DNA of 64,000 nucleotides. Source: Candidatus Omnitrophota bacterium. GTDB taxonomy: Bacteria > Omnitrophota > Omnitrophia > Omnitrophales > Aquincolibacteriaceae. Of this stretch, positions 18,967 through 29,376 are shown piece after piece (within the stretch, counting starts at the first letter, position 1; every line of letters starts with the position of its first letter). Under the pieces are notes generated by a model. The model did no database searches. It had not been told where the DNA came from and saw only the letters and a program-made list of their open reading frames with translations. The DNA lies in NCBI GenBank assembly GCA_043732705.1, contig JAYTHE010000002.1, positions 56,385 to 120,384 on the forward strand. The letters are read 5' to 3'. The position numbers were made by a program, and so were the translations under genes.

Positions 18967-20195
18967 AATCGTTTCTCAAAAACTATTCCGAGTCACTGAT
19001 TTTACTTTCCGCGATTATTACCGGAGCATTGATCGGTGTTTTCTTTCCGGCTTTCGCGCTTACTCTCAAGCCTGTTGGGATCATTTGGCTGAATTTACTT
19101 TCGACCGCGGTGATTCCGCTCGTTTTCTTCTCCATTGCCGCCACTATCGCAAGTATGGGCAGTGGCAAACAGTTGAGCCGGATTTTAATCTGGATGATTA
19201 TTATTTTTACTGCCGCCAGCGTGATCGCGGCGGTTTTAATGTTAGCGGGTGTTTATTTTTTTCCGCCGGCGGCGACGATCAAACTCTCGCTTCAAACGGG
19301 CATTGAAATGAAACCATGGAATGCGGGCAAGTCGCTTGTTGAAGCTTTTTCAGTAGGTGATTTTGGTGAACTGCTGTCGCGCAAAAATATGCTGCCAATG
19401 ATTCTTTTTGCCGCGTTAATCGGCTGGGCTTCGCACGCGGCAGGGAAACAGGGCGAAACTTTTCGTCAGTATTTTATTTCGGGCAATGCCGTGATGATGA
19501 AAGTTATGCGGGGCATTATGCTCATCGCGCCGCTTGGGCTTGGTGTTTATTTTGCGGCGCTTGTGGCAGAAATGGGACCGCAAATTATGGGAACTTACGG
19601 CCAAATTGCCGGGCTGTATTATCCGTTTTCTTTTTCTTATTTTTTCATTTTTTTTACGTTTTACGCCTTTCTCGCGGGCGGCGTGAAATGGATTCCTGTT
19701 TTTTGGAAAAATATTATCCCGCCGTCATTGACCGCGCTCGGGACGGGCAGCAGCCTCGCGACCATTCCTTCCAATTTACAGGCTGCGGACCGCATGGGGA
19801 TTCCGCGCGAAACAAGTGAAATCGTGATTCCTGTCGGCGGCGTGATTCATAAATCAGGTTCGTGTCTTGCGGCCATCGTAAAAATTGCGCTGCTGCACCA
19901 GGTTTTTGGCGTGCCTTTTACCGGTATTGAAGCTTATGCGATTGCAGTGGGCGTGGCGGTTTTAAGCGGAGTAGTTATGGGCGGTATTCCCGGCGGCGGA
20001 TTTTTGGGGGAAATGCTGATCGTCAATCTTTATGGTTTTCCTCTGGAAGGCTTACCGATTATTTCCATGGTTGGAACGATTGTGGACCCGCCTGCGACTT
20101 TAGTGAACGCGACTGGCGATAATATCGCGAGCGCGCTTGTTTCCCGGTTGGTCTACGGAAAAAAGTGGCAAGTTAAACCGATTCAGCCCGGTTAA
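18963..20195 (+). CDS. Dicarboxylate/amino acid:cation symporter (DAACS)
   Basis: TGSSLATIP, GIPGGG, NATGD; multiple TM segments. Confidence 0.88.
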   Translation: MKSFLKNYSESLILLSAIITGALIGVFFPAFALTLKPVGIIWLNLLSTAVIPLVFFSIAATIASMGSGKQLSRILIWMIIIFTAASVIAAVLMLAGVYFFPPAATIKLSLQTGIEMKPWNAGKSLVEAFSVGDFGELLSRKNMLPMILFAALIGWASHAAGKQGETFRQYFISGNAVMMKVMRGIMLIAPLGLGVYFAALVAEMGPQIMGTYGQIAGLYYPFSFSYFFIFFTFYAFLAGGVKWIPVFWKNIIPPSLTALGTGSSLATIPSNLQAADRMGIPRETSEIVIPVGGVIHKSGSCLAAIVKIALLHQVFGVPFTGIEAYAIAVGVAVLSGVVMGGIPGGGFLGEMLIVNLYGFPLEGLPIISMVGTIVDPPATLVNATGDNIASALVSRLVYGKKWQVKPIQPG

Positions 20196-21645
20196 TTAAT
20201 TTTCTGAGCATGCCCGGAAAAATAAATTGATGCGACGGAGTGACTAAATACCAATAAAGAATTCCCCATAAACCTTTCGGCCTGAATCTTGCGGTTTGTT
20301 TAATGCGAAGGCGACCGGAATTTGATTTTTCGATTAAAAATTCCAACGATGCTTCTCCAGGAAGTTTCATTTCTGCGGCTAGCAGTAATCTTTTTTTATC
20401 AACCAAATCCGCGACACGCCAGAAGTCTAAGGCGTCACCAATGCGTAGTTCATGCTCGTGGCTGCGGCCGCGGCGCAATCCCACGCCTCCAAAAATACGA
20501 TCGATAAAACCGCGCAAACTCCAAAGCCAGTCGGCATGATACCAGCCCGTTTTTCCGCCAATTGAAACAATCGCATTCCATGCTGATTCGATCGAGGCCG
20601 AAGTTTCTGCCATGCGAATATCACACAGTAAAGTTCCACCAGCCCATTTAGCATCACCTTTTTGAGCTGATTCAACCGGGGGAATCGTTCCCGCATCTGT
20701 CCAATGCGAGGGTATTTGATCGCTGCGCTGAACCTTAAGAGCTAGTCGGAAAGCTTCACGGCAGGAAAGTAATTTCTGAGGAATGATTTCTCGAATTTTA
20801 TTTTCAAGACAAATGACCGGATAGCGCAGACCTTCTGCGAGCGGTCGTGCGAGCGAAGCTGAAACAGGCGTGACTAAATGAATCCAGTATGAGCTAAGTC
20901 GCGGAGTTAAAACAGGGACGGGAATCATGAGTCGCGGAGGGAGACCAGCTTCTTCGGCATATATTTTCATGAGTTCACGATAAGTTAAAACATCGGTTCC
21001 GCCGATATCGAAAGTTTTTCCTGTGGTGAGTGGCGACTCAAGACAGCCCGCTAAATATTCAATCACGTTGCGCACTGCAATCGGCTGGTTGGGAGTTTCT
21101 AGCCAGCGCGGTGTAATCATGACTGGGAGGCGATCAACTAAATAGCGCAAGATTTCAAACGATGCACTACCGGACCCAATGATCATGGCGGCGCGTAATA
21201 CCGTTACGGGAACAGAGCTGGAACTTAAGATATGCGCTACTTCCATGCGTGATTGTAAGTGTTTGCTGAGTTGAGTAGTCTGATCTCCAAGGCCGCTCAA
21301 ATAAATAATTTTTTCAAATTTAGCCTCTTCGGCTGCGACCTTCATGTGCATGGCTGCGATTCGGTCAGCGGTTTCAAAGTCCTTTTGTCCCGGAAGCATC
21401 GAGTGAACAAGATAAAAAGCCGATGCGCAGCCGTGTGCAGCTTGCGTGAGGCTCGCCTGATTCATGACATCGACTTCAACGAGTTCCACGAGGGGGTTGT
21501 GTGACCAAGGGCGGCAGCTTAACTTTTCCATAGATCGTCCGGCTGCACGAACATGCCAACCTTTCTCAAGAAGATGGGGAATGAGTCTCCCGCCGATATA
21601 GCCGGTTGCGCCCGTAACGAGAATAATTTTTTGAGAATCAGGCAT
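20173..21645 (-). CDS. YbjT-like NAD(P)-binding SDR fused to DUF2867
   Basis: TGATGYIG, YLVHSM, IIGSGSASFE, AEMKLPG, H.FIF.GM. Confidence 0.88.
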   Translation of the reverse strand: MPDSQKIILVTGATGYIGGRLIPHLLEKGWHVRAAGRSMEKLSCRPWSHNPLVELVEVDVMNQASLTQAAHGCASAFYLVHSMLPGQKDFETADRIAAMHMKVAAEEAKFEKIIYLSGLGDQTTQLSKHLQSRMEVAHILSSSSVPVTVLRAAMIIGSGSASFEILRYLVDRLPVMITPRWLETPNQPIAVRNVIEYLAGCLESPLTTGKTFDIGGTDVLTYRELMKIYAEEAGLPPRLMIPVPVLTPRLSSYWIHLVTPVSASLARPLAEGLRYPVICLENKIREIIPQKLLSCREAFRLALKVQRSDQIPSHWTDAGTIPPVESAQKGDAKWAGGTLLCDIRMAETSASIESAWNAIVSIGGKTGWYHADWLWSLRGFIDRIFGGVGLRRGRSHEHELRIGDALDFWRVADLVDKKRLLLAAEMKLPGEASLEFLIEKSNSGRLRIKQTARFRPKGLWGILYWYLVTPSHQFIFPGMLRKLINRAESV

Positions 21646-22117
21646 TGAGTTTCCAGAGCCAAAAATTAAGTAAGGACACGAAGGGAACCCAAATTAAATA
21701 AGGTATGTTGATGAGAGCGCCGGTTTTTGAAAGTGGGTAAGTTCTTAAAATTAAAAATAGAATGGAGGCCCAAAGCAAAACAATTTCAACCAATCCTGCG
21801 AGGGGTGAATGAAGTTTGAAAAATAAAAAGGACCACATCACATTGAGTGTAAGTTGAATTGTGAACCAGATAAAAGCTATTTTGCGCCCAGGGTTGCTTG
21901 CGTCTGATTTTAATATAAGCCAAAGGCTCACGCCCATCAAAGTGAAAAGCGTTGTCCAGACGGGGCCAAAAATCCAATTGGGCGGATTGAAGGAAGGCTT
22001 TTGAATCGTTGCATACCAGCCATTAATTTCTGGTGTTGTGAGAAGGGCTCCGAGTCCGCCCGCGACTTGGCAGAAAACGATGCAGAGGATTAAATGGATC
22101 AGCGATTTTATTTTCAT
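21638..22117 (-). CDS. tspO: TspO/MBR tryptophan-rich sensory protein
   Basis: WY..KPSFNPPNWIFGPVWT, LNVMWSFLFF, PYLIW. Confidence 0.93.
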   Translation of the reverse strand: MKIKSLIHLILCIVFCQVAGGLGALLTTPEINGWYATIQKPSFNPPNWIFGPVWTTLFTLMGVSLWLILKSDASNPGRKIAFIWFTIQLTLNVMWSFLFFKLHSPLAGLVEIVLLWASILFLILRTYPLSKTGALINIPYLIWVPFVSLLNFWLWKLNA

Positions 22118-22125
22118 GGAATTAT

Positions 22126-22818
22126 TCAGCTCAGGTCGAAAAGCAAGAATTCGCAATCAGAAATAGAATTCAAATGAATGTGATCTTCTTCTGAAATCGC
22201 AACGCCATCTCCCGGCTCAACCTTAGTATTGTTTATAAGCATTTTTCCGCTTGCAACTTGAATCCAAGTGTGACGATTTTTTTCAAGGTGCAGGCTTAGG
22301 GCTTGCTCGCTTTTGAGATGTCCCACGAAAACTTTCGCATCTTGATTGATCGTGAGCGGTGCCTTCAAGGTTGCGGGAGCAGCAATGAGCTTAAGAGGAT
22401 CGCCTGTGAAAGGAATCAATTTTTGTTCATAGCCCGGTTCGAAGTCTTTTTTTTCAGGAGTGATCCAAATTTGAAGTAAATGACACGGCTCTTTGTCTGA
22501 GGCATTGTATTCGCTATGCCGAATTCCGGTGCCGGCAGTCATGCTTTGCAATTCACCGCGTTTAATGGTGCCGCGGTTTCCAAGGCTATCGCGATGCTCA
22601 AGCTCTCCTTTAAGAATATAAGTTACAATTTCCATATCGCGATGACCATGCAAAGGAAAGCCTTGCCCGGGTTCGATCACATCTTCATTGATGACGCGAA
22701 GAGAGCGGAAGCCCATATGCTGAGCATCATGGTAATCGCCGAAAGAAAACGAGTGGTAAGTATCGAGCCAACCGTGGTTGAAATGTCCGCGTTCGGAGGA
22801 CTTACGAATTTGAATCAT
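22126..22818 (-). CDS. Pirin-family protein (YhhW-like)
   Basis: LRVINED, HGHRDME, MTAGTGIRHSE, LLQIWI. Confidence 0.93.
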   Translation of the reverse strand: MIQIRKSSERGHFNHGWLDTYHSFSFGDYHDAQHMGFRSLRVINEDVIEPGQGFPLHGHRDMEIVTYILKGELEHRDSLGNRGTIKRGELQSMTAGTGIRHSEYNASDKEPCHLLQIWITPEKKDFEPGYEQKLIPFTGDPLKLIAAPATLKAPLTINQDAKVFVGHLKSEQALSLHLEKNRHTWIQVASGKMLINNTKVEPGDGVAISEEDHIHLNSISDCEFLLFDLS

Positions 22819-22828
22819 GCTTAATTAT

Positions 22829-22892
22829 GTCATTGCGAGCATAGCGAAGCAATCTAGATTGCCGCGTCGTCCTATGGACTCCTCGCAATGAC
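22829..22892. repeat. REP-like palindrome GTCATTGCGAG...CTCGCAATGAC
   Basis: 11-bp perfect terminal arms enclosing gcaatc/gattgc. Confidence 0.8.
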
Positions 22893-23398
22893 TAATTAGT
22901 GGCAACTTTATTGGCTAGGCCGCCGATTTCCTTATCAATGAAATAAAGGCCGCGTCCGTCGGTGCCGGTGCGTTTCATCAGGTCAAGCAAGTCACGGAAC
23001 AGCTTCTCTTCTTCATGTTGTTCAGCAACATACCACTGCAGAAAATTGAATGTTGAATGGTCTTTTTCAACCAGGCAAAGGTCGACCAAGCTGTTGATTT
23101 GATCTGTGACTTTCTTTTCATTTTCAGCGACGAGCTTAAAAACCTGGTCGATGGATTTAAAAATATCAGATGGATTTTTGAAAGGTTCGACGAGTGCGTG
23201 GCCGCCGGTTGCATTAATGTAATGAAAAAGTTTCAGCATATGCGTGCGCTCCTGTTCGGCATGCACATAAAGAAACTTTGCTGAGCCGGGAAGGGCGTTG
23301 ACTTCGCACCATGAAGCCATCGCAAGATAATAATGTGCGGAATAATTTTCAGACGTAACCTGTGCATTCAAGGCTTTTTCAATTTTTTTGGATAACAT
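22892..23398 (-). CDS. ftnA: Non-heme ferritin
   Basis: E..SA..YLAMASW, E..H, FLQWYVAEQHEEE. Confidence 0.92.
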   Translation of the reverse strand: MLSKKIEKALNAQVTSENYSAHYYLAMASWCEVNALPGSAKFLYVHAEQERTHMLKLFHYINATGGHALVEPFKNPSDIFKSIDQVFKLVAENEKKVTDQINSLVDLCLVEKDHSTFNFLQWYVAEQHEEEKLFRDLLDLMKRTGTDGRGLYFIDKEIGGLANKVATN

Positions 23399-23569
23399 AA
23401 TTTCCTCCGGGTTAGGTAAGTAGTTCTACAAAAATTATACACGGTTTTTAAATTTGAAATCATGCGGAATCGAATATTTTTTAAAAAACGTAAGACAGAA
23501 TCCGATTACTTATTAATCCGATTCAAAAATAATCTTACCGAAATTCTAAAAAGGGAAGAGTTGGGTGTC

Positions 23570-23640
23570 TGCGGTTGACGTAGTCAGAGCAGAAATAAAA
23601 CCGTGCTCTGACTGCGTCAACCGCACTTTGCGAAGTGCGG
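23570..23640. repeat. Long hairpin (22-bp arms) with an overlapping second hairpin
   Basis: tgcggttgacgtagtcagagca / tgctctgactgcgtcaaccgca; ccgcactt..aagtgcgg. Confidence 0.7.
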
Positions 23641-23684
23641 GACAAAAGAGGAAAAAGCGGTTGCGCGCAGCGCAGAGCCGAGCG

Positions 23685-24335
23685 TCATCGACGTTCAATA
23701 AGACGCTGGGAAGAGAAGCGAACTTTGATCATCTTCGCGTTTTTATCGTCCTGGCTGCGGTAGCCGCAAGGGCAAAGTACGGTAGTCGTCCATTCCGAAT
23801 GTTGAATACCGAGAGTCTCGTCATATTTCGCGGGCACAAAACCTTCCATTGGGCAGGTGTCAATCGACAGCGTCGCGGCGCTGGTCATTAAATTTCCAAG
23901 CGCGATATAAGCTTGGCGCGCGGCCCAATCCGCGGAATATTGCGCGCGCGGGCCTTCCACAATGTCACCGAGCATAATGCTGCGGTAACCCGCAAGCTGA
24001 TCGGCTGATGTTCCGCGGACTTCAGCCAGGCGGTTGACCCAGGCATCAATATCCGCGGCATCGACTTTTGTTTTGGTCAAGAAAACGACAAGGTGCGAGC
24101 AGTCGGCAACTTGGCGTTGATTCCAGGAATGAGGAACTAATTTTTCGCGCAGTTCCTGGTTAGTAATCACAAGAAATTTCCAAGGCTGCAATCCGTATGA
24201 AGAAGCCGTCAAAATTAATGCTTCTTCCAAAGCCTTCCAGGTTTCGGGCGGAATTTTCTTTGAAGCGTCAAATTGTTTAACGGCATAGCGCCATTTAAGG
24301 CTTTGTACTAATTCGGCTTCTTTTTTAAAACCCAC
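23685..24335 (-). CDS. NfsB-like NAD(P)H nitroreductase
   Basis: WRYAVKQF, SSYGLQPWKF, CPMEGF, KVR; GTG start after AGGGAG. Confidence 0.9.
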   Translation of the reverse strand: MGFKKEAELVQSLKWRYAVKQFDASKKIPPETWKALEEALILTASSYGLQPWKFLVITNQELREKLVPHSWNQRQVADCSHLVVFLTKTKVDAADIDAWVNRLAEVRGTSADQLAGYRSIMLGDIVEGPRAQYSADWAARQAYIALGNLMTSAATLSIDTCPMEGFVPAKYDETLGIQHSEWTTTVLCPCGYRSQDDKNAKMIKVRFSSQRLIERR

Positions 24336-24441
24336 GCAGCACTCCCTAAATGGTTGAAGGGTATAGAGATAATAACGAGAAGCATTGTCGCATAAAGCCG
24401 CCCCCCTAGGCAATTACCTTGCGGGGGTGTACAATTGATGT

Positions 24442-24804
24442 ATGAATAAACGTTGGTTCTCAGTCTCAGCATTAATCATGGCCTGGATGTTTGCTTTCTC
24501 CACGCTTAGCACTTGTTATTGTCAGCCACTTTCAGCTTCTGCGCCCACGGCGCAACCAGCGGCACATTGCGGCCAGCATTCATCCAAAGCGAAGGGCTGC
24601 TGCAGCCCCCGCATTCAAAACGACACATTTGAAAACGCAGCTTCACAAGTTCACGTTGAGCAAAAATCTGTTAGGCAGTTTTTAGCGGTTCATGATACTC
24701 AAACGGATCTTTCAGTTTTATCTGAGAGAAACAGTTTTAGGCCCGCGCTCGATACTTCGCCGCCACCGCAGCTTTATCTTCTTCATCACGCCTTCCTGAT
24801 TTAA
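24442..24804 (+). CDS. Cys/His-containing exported leader-like protein upstream of cusB
   Basis: N-terminal hydrophobic segment, CYC, HC, CC; C-terminal SPPPQLYLLHHAFLI. Confidence 0.6.
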   Translation: MNKRWFSVSALIMAWMFAFSTLSTCYCQPLSASAPTAQPAAHCGQHSSKAKGCCSPRIQNDTFENAASQVHVEQKSVRQFLAVHDTQTDLSVLSERNSFRPALDTSPPPQLYLLHHAFLI

Positions 24805-24873
24805 TTCACGGCCGCTTCAAAAGCAGAGAATTTTTCTCTGTCTTGTTTTATTTTTCCAAACTGAGGAAAACCC

Positions 24874-26058
24874 GTGAAGAAAATTTTAGTTGTTCTGATT
24901 CTTTTAGCTTTCGCATCGGCGGGATGGTTTTATTTCAACCGTGTGCATGGGGACTTGTCGGCAAGTCATGCGCAAGAACAGTATCAATGTCCTATGCATC
25001 CGCAAGTGGTTCAAGATCATCCCGGAAATTGCCCGATTTGCGGCATGCGGCTGAATCATTTAGCCTCCGAGCCTTCGGCTCAACCGGCGGAAGGGCAAAA
25101 AAAAATAGCCTTTTACCGTAATCCGATGAATCCTAAGGTTACCTCGCCCGTTCCCGCGAAAGATGAAATGGGTATGGATTATATTCCGGTCTATCAACAG
25201 ACGGGAGATGCTCTGCCCGCATCCGATGTGCCTGATCATGGTGCGGTGATGCTCAGCGCGGATAAAATTCAAACCATCGGAATTCGTACGGCTGAAGCGC
25301 GCATCAGCAATTTAATTCTCTCTTTGCGTGTCACCGGCACAGTTTTCCACAATCATGAAATTTACGAAATGCTTACGGCTTATCGTGATGCGATTCAGGT
25401 CGAACAGCGTGTCAAAAAACCGACGCCGGAACTTGTAGCGCAGTCGCGCGTCAAAGCTAATGATTTGCGGATTAAGTTGCGGAGGTATGGCATCGGCGAT
25501 GAGGTGTTTAAGAAAGCGGCAGAGAACTTGGCGGATCCCACCAGTTTTATCCCTGCACATTTAATTATCGCAGCCAACGGAGCGTATGTGGACGCGCGTT
25601 TGCCGGCTGCGGAAGCTGTTCGTGTGGCTTTGGGACAAAAAGCTCGGCTGATGTCATCACTTTTTCCGGATAAAACTCTTGATGGAATTGTGAAGTCAGT
25701 CGATTCAATTGTGGATTCAGAAACTCAAACTGTCGCTGTGCGGATTGAAGTTCAGAATGGACATGAGCTTTTGAGGCCCGGACTTTTTGTGAATGTGGAA
25801 ATGGATATTGAGACAGGCAATAAGCTTGCGGTTCCGGAAGACGCGATTTTAAATTCGGGGCGTGGCGCTTATGTGTTCATTGAAAAATCCGCGGGTGTTT
25901 TTCTGCCAAAGCATGTTGAAACCGGATTGACCGCCGGAACAAACGTGGAAATTATCTCGGGGCTTGCTGAAGGAGAGAAGGTGGTCATTTCAGCAAATTT
26001 TCTTTTAGATTCTGAGTCGCGCTTCGAAGCCGCGCGGCAAGGTGGTTCCTATGATTGA
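24874..26058 (+). CDS. cusB: CusB-type RND periplasmic adaptor with heavy-metal-binding domains
   Basis: YQCPMHP..CPICGM, YRNPM..MGMDY, LRPGLF, FLLDSES. Confidence 0.9.
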   Translation: MKKILVVLILLAFASAGWFYFNRVHGDLSASHAQEQYQCPMHPQVVQDHPGNCPICGMRLNHLASEPSAQPAEGQKKIAFYRNPMNPKVTSPVPAKDEMGMDYIPVYQQTGDALPASDVPDHGAVMLSADKIQTIGIRTAEARISNLILSLRVTGTVFHNHEIYEMLTAYRDAIQVEQRVKKPTPELVAQSRVKANDLRIKLRRYGIGDEVFKKAAENLADPTSFIPAHLIIAANGAYVDARLPAAEAVRVALGQKARLMSSLFPDKTLDGIVKSVDSIVDSETQTVAVRIEVQNGHELLRPGLFVNVEMDIETGNKLAVPEDAILNSGRGAYVFIEKSAGVFLPKHVETGLTAGTNVEIISGLAEGEKVVISANFLLDSESRFEAARQGGSYD

Positions 26059-29000
26059 AAAAATCATTGATTTTTCGGCGCGTAACAAATTTTTGGTGAT
26101 TATCTTTACCATTGCGACGCTTACTGTCGCTTGGTTTTCGATGCGCCATATGCCGCTTGATGCGATTCCCGACCTTTCGGATACGCAGGTCATTGTCTAT
26201 TCGCAGTGGGATCGCAGTCCGGATTTGATGGAAGATCAGGTTACGTATCCGATTGTAACCGCGATGCTCGGCACGCCGAAGGTGAAAGCTGTGCGCGGGT
26301 TTTCTGATTTTGGATATTCATATGTTTATATTATTTTTGAAGACGGCACCGACCTTTATTGGGCACGTAGCCGTGTGCTTGAATATTTAAGCAAGATTCA
26401 ATCGCGTTTGCCCGAAGGTGTTAAGACTGAACTTGGTCCTGATGCAACCAGCGTTGGCTGGGTTTATCAATATGCTTTGGCGGATGATACGGGCCGCCGC
26501 ACTTTGCCTGAATTGCGCTCCGTGCAGGATTGGTATTTGCGTTATGCCTTGCAGGCTGTTCCGGGTGTTTCGGAAGTTGCCGCAGTGGGCGGATTCGCAA
26601 AGCAAGCTCAGGTTAATGTTGATCCAGAAAAACTTCGCGCATTTAATTTATCGATTGGTGATGTGGTTAATGCCGTCAAAGCTTCGAATCAATCGACAGG
26701 CGGCCGTTTGCTTGAAGTGAATGGTTTTGAATTCATGGTTCGCGCTCAAGGTTATGCAAAAACACCCGCAGATATCGGATCAGCGGCGATTCGCACGAAT
26801 TCGCGTACCGGCGCGGCTATTTTAGTGCGCGATGTTGCAAAAGTGGAATGGGGCCCTGAAATGACGCGCGGTGCGGCGGAGCTCGATGGCAAAGGCGACG
26901 CGGTTGGCGGCATTATTGTGATGCGTCACGGTGAAAACGCTTTGCATGTGATTGAGCGCGTGAAAGCTAAACTTAAAGAGCTGCAAAAGACTTTGCCCGA
27001 AGGCGTACGTATTGTTGAAACTTATGACCGTTCGGATTTAATTCATCGTGCGATTGAAACGCTGAAGCATACGCTGATCGATGAAATGCTGATTGTGAGT
27101 TTCGTAATTTTGATTTTTCTTTGGCATTTGCCTTCCGCGATTATTCCGATCATCACAATTCCGGTTTCGGTATTGCTCGCGTTTATTCCGATGACCATGA
27201 TGGGTTTAACTTCCAATATTATGTCGCTCGCAGGCATTGCGATTTCAATTGGCGTGCTTGTCGACGGCGCGATTGTCGAAGTTGAAAACGCTTATAAAAA
27301 ACTTCAGCTTTGGCAGGATGGCGGTCGCAAAGGCGATTACCACGAAGTGCGTCTTGCCGCACTGAAAGAAGTTGGTCCCGCGGTTTTCTTTTCACTGCTT
27401 GTGATTGCCGCTGCTTTTGTTCCGGTTTTTACACTTGTGGACCAAGAAGGCCGTTTGTTTAAGCCGCTAGCTTACAGTAAAAATCTGGCGATGGTGATTG
27501 CGGCGATTTTGGCGGTGACTTTGGATCCCGCGATGCGCATGCTTTTTACGCGCATGGATCCCTTTCAATTTAAGCCGCGTTGGCTTGCAAGCGTCGCGAC
27601 CACGCTTGCGGTTGGAAAATATTATCCCGAAGAAAAACATCCCGTCAGCCGCGTACTTTTTAAACTGTATGAGCCGGCCGTGCGTTTTGTTTTGCGTTTT
27701 AGAAAAACAACGCTACTGGCAGCTGTGCTGTTGATGGTGGTGACTGTGCCTGTTTTTCAAAAGTTGGGCAGTGAATTTATGCCGCCGCTCAATGAGGGTA
27801 CTTTGCTCTATATGCCGACGGCATTGCCCGGTATGTCGGTCACGGAAGCACGCCGTGTTTTGAATATTCAAAACCGCATATTGATGAAATTTCCGGAGGT
27901 TGAACATGTTTTTGGAAAAGCCGGCCGCGCGGAAACTTCAACCGATCCCGCGCCGCTTTCCATGATGGAAACCACGATTACGCTTCGTCCTAAATCAGAG
28001 TGGCGGCACAAACCCGTGGTTTATCCGGCATGGCTGCCCGCGCTTTTGCACGATTTCTTTCAAAAAATTCACCCTGACCGTGCGATGACAATGGATGAAT
28101 TGACCGATGAAATGGATAAGCAATTGCAATTGCCCGGTATTCCCAATATTTGGACTATGCCGATTAAAAATCGAATTGATATGCTTTCAACCGGCATTCG
28201 CACGCCTGTTGGGGTGAAAGTTTTAGGCTCGGATCTCAAAGTCATTCAAAAGGTGGGTGAAAATCTTGAGCAAATTCTGAAAACCGTGCCCGGTACGCGC
28301 AATGCTTTTTCCGAACGTGTTTCCGGCGGATATTTTATCGACTTTGATTTGAAGCGCGACGCGCTCGCGCGTTACGGAATTTCAGTTGACGCAGCCGAAG
28401 CCACAATTTCATCAGCAATCGGCGGGGAAGTTGTGACTCATTTGGTGGATGGCCGCGAACGTTATTCCGTGAATGTGCGGCTCGCGCGTGATTTTCGTTC
28501 CGATCTTCCGTCTTTGGGACGCGTGCGTGTTAAAGCCCCTTCGGGCACCGATATTCCGATTTCAGAATTGGCGGAACTGACAAAACGTGAAGGCCCTGCG
28601 ATGATTCGCGATGAAAACGGCATGCTCGCAGGCTATGTTTATGTCGATGTGGCCGGACGTGATATCGGCAGCTTTGTCGTGGAAGCCAAGCGTAAAGTGA
28701 ATGAAGCTGTGAAAGTTCCGGCTGGCTATCAGCTGGTGTGGAGCGGGCAGTATGAAAATATGCAACGCGTTACGGAGCGTTTAAAATTTGTGATTCCCAT
28801 TACACTTTTTATTATCGCCTTACTGCTTTATATGAATACCAAGTCAGCAGTGAAAACCGCGATGGTTTTACTCGCGGTTCCGTTCTCCTTAATCGGCGCG
28901 GTTTGGTTGCTGCATTTGCTCGGTTATAACATGTCGATTGCCGTGTGGGTGGGGATGATTGCCTTGATGGGGCTCGATGCCGAGACCGGCGTTTTTATGC

Positions 29001-29299
29001 TGCTCTATCTGGATATCGCCTATGCTGATGCTGTGCGCGAAGGCCGTATGCGTAACCGCGCAGATCTTCACGCCGCGGTTTTGCATGGTGCGGTGAAACG
29101 CGTGCGCCCCAAAATGATGACGGTAATCGCGGCCATGGCCGGGCTTTTACCGATTCTCTGGGCGCATGGTGCCGGGGCGGATGTGATGCGCCGCATTGCC
29201 GCGCCGATGATCGGTGGGCTCGCGTCATCATTTGCGCTCGAACTTCTCATTTATCCGGTGCTGTATTCTTTTTGGAAAGAAAGAGAATTGAAAAAATAG
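26051..29299 (+). CDS. cusA: CusA-type heavy-metal RND efflux pump
   Basis: DAIPDLSD, GPDATSVGW, EFMPPLNEG..LYMP, MMET, WTMPIKNRIDM. Confidence 0.95.
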   Translation: MIEKIIDFSARNKFLVIIFTIATLTVAWFSMRHMPLDAIPDLSDTQVIVYSQWDRSPDLMEDQVTYPIVTAMLGTPKVKAVRGFSDFGYSYVYIIFEDGTDLYWARSRVLEYLSKIQSRLPEGVKTELGPDATSVGWVYQYALADDTGRRTLPELRSVQDWYLRYALQAVPGVSEVAAVGGFAKQAQVNVDPEKLRAFNLSIGDVVNAVKASNQSTGGRLLEVNGFEFMVRAQGYAKTPADIGSAAIRTNSRTGAAILVRDVAKVEWGPEMTRGAAELDGKGDAVGGIIVMRHGENALHVIERVKAKLKELQKTLPEGVRIVETYDRSDLIHRAIETLKHTLIDEMLIVSFVILIFLWHLPSAIIPIITIPVSVLLAFIPMTMMGLTSNIMSLAGIAISIGVLVDGAIVEVENAYKKLQLWQDGGRKGDYHEVRLAALKEVGPAVFFSLLVIAAAFVPVFTLVDQEGRLFKPLAYSKNLAMVIAAILAVTLDPAMRMLFTRMDPFQFKPRWLASVATTLAVGKYYPEEKHPVSRVLFKLYEPAVRFVLRFRKTTLLAAVLLMVVTVPVFQKLGSEFMPPLNEGTLLYMPTALPGMSVTEARRVLNIQNRILMKFPEVEHVFGKAGRAETSTDPAPLSMMETTITLRPKSEWRHKPVVYPAWLPALLHDFFQKIHPDRAMTMDELTDEMDKQLQLPGIPNIWTMPIKNRIDMLSTGIRTPVGVKVLGSDLKVIQKVGENLEQILKTVPGTRNAFSERVSGGYFIDFDLKRDALARYGISVDAAEATISSAIGGEVVTHLVDGRERYSVNVRLARDFRSDLPSLGRVRVKAPSGTDIPISELAELTKREGPAMIRDENGMLAGYVYVDVAGRDIGSFVVEAKRKVNEAVKVPAGYQLVWSGQYENMQRVTERLKFVIPITLFIIALLLYMNTKSAVKTAMVLLAVPFSLIGAVWLLHLLGYNMSIAVWVGMIALMGLDAETGVFMLLYLDIAYADAVREGRMRNRADLHAAVLHGAVKRVRPKMMTVIAAMAGLLPILWAHGAGADVMRRIAAPMIGGLASSFALELLIYPVLYSFWKERELKK

Positions 29300-29376
29300 C
29301 TTAAGCATAGGGTTTTACCTGATGGTTGCTGTTTTAATTTAGAAGAGAATAAGGATTCAAAATAAAAGGAGAAGTT

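Noticed and set aside
23400-23545. Fur/PerR box upstream of ferritin (AATCCGATT occurs twice)
   Set aside because: AT-rich region with no convincing match to the GATAAT-type consensus
23565-23891. 108-aa + strand ORF
   Set aside because: Antisense to the nitroreductase and runs through a hairpin repeat
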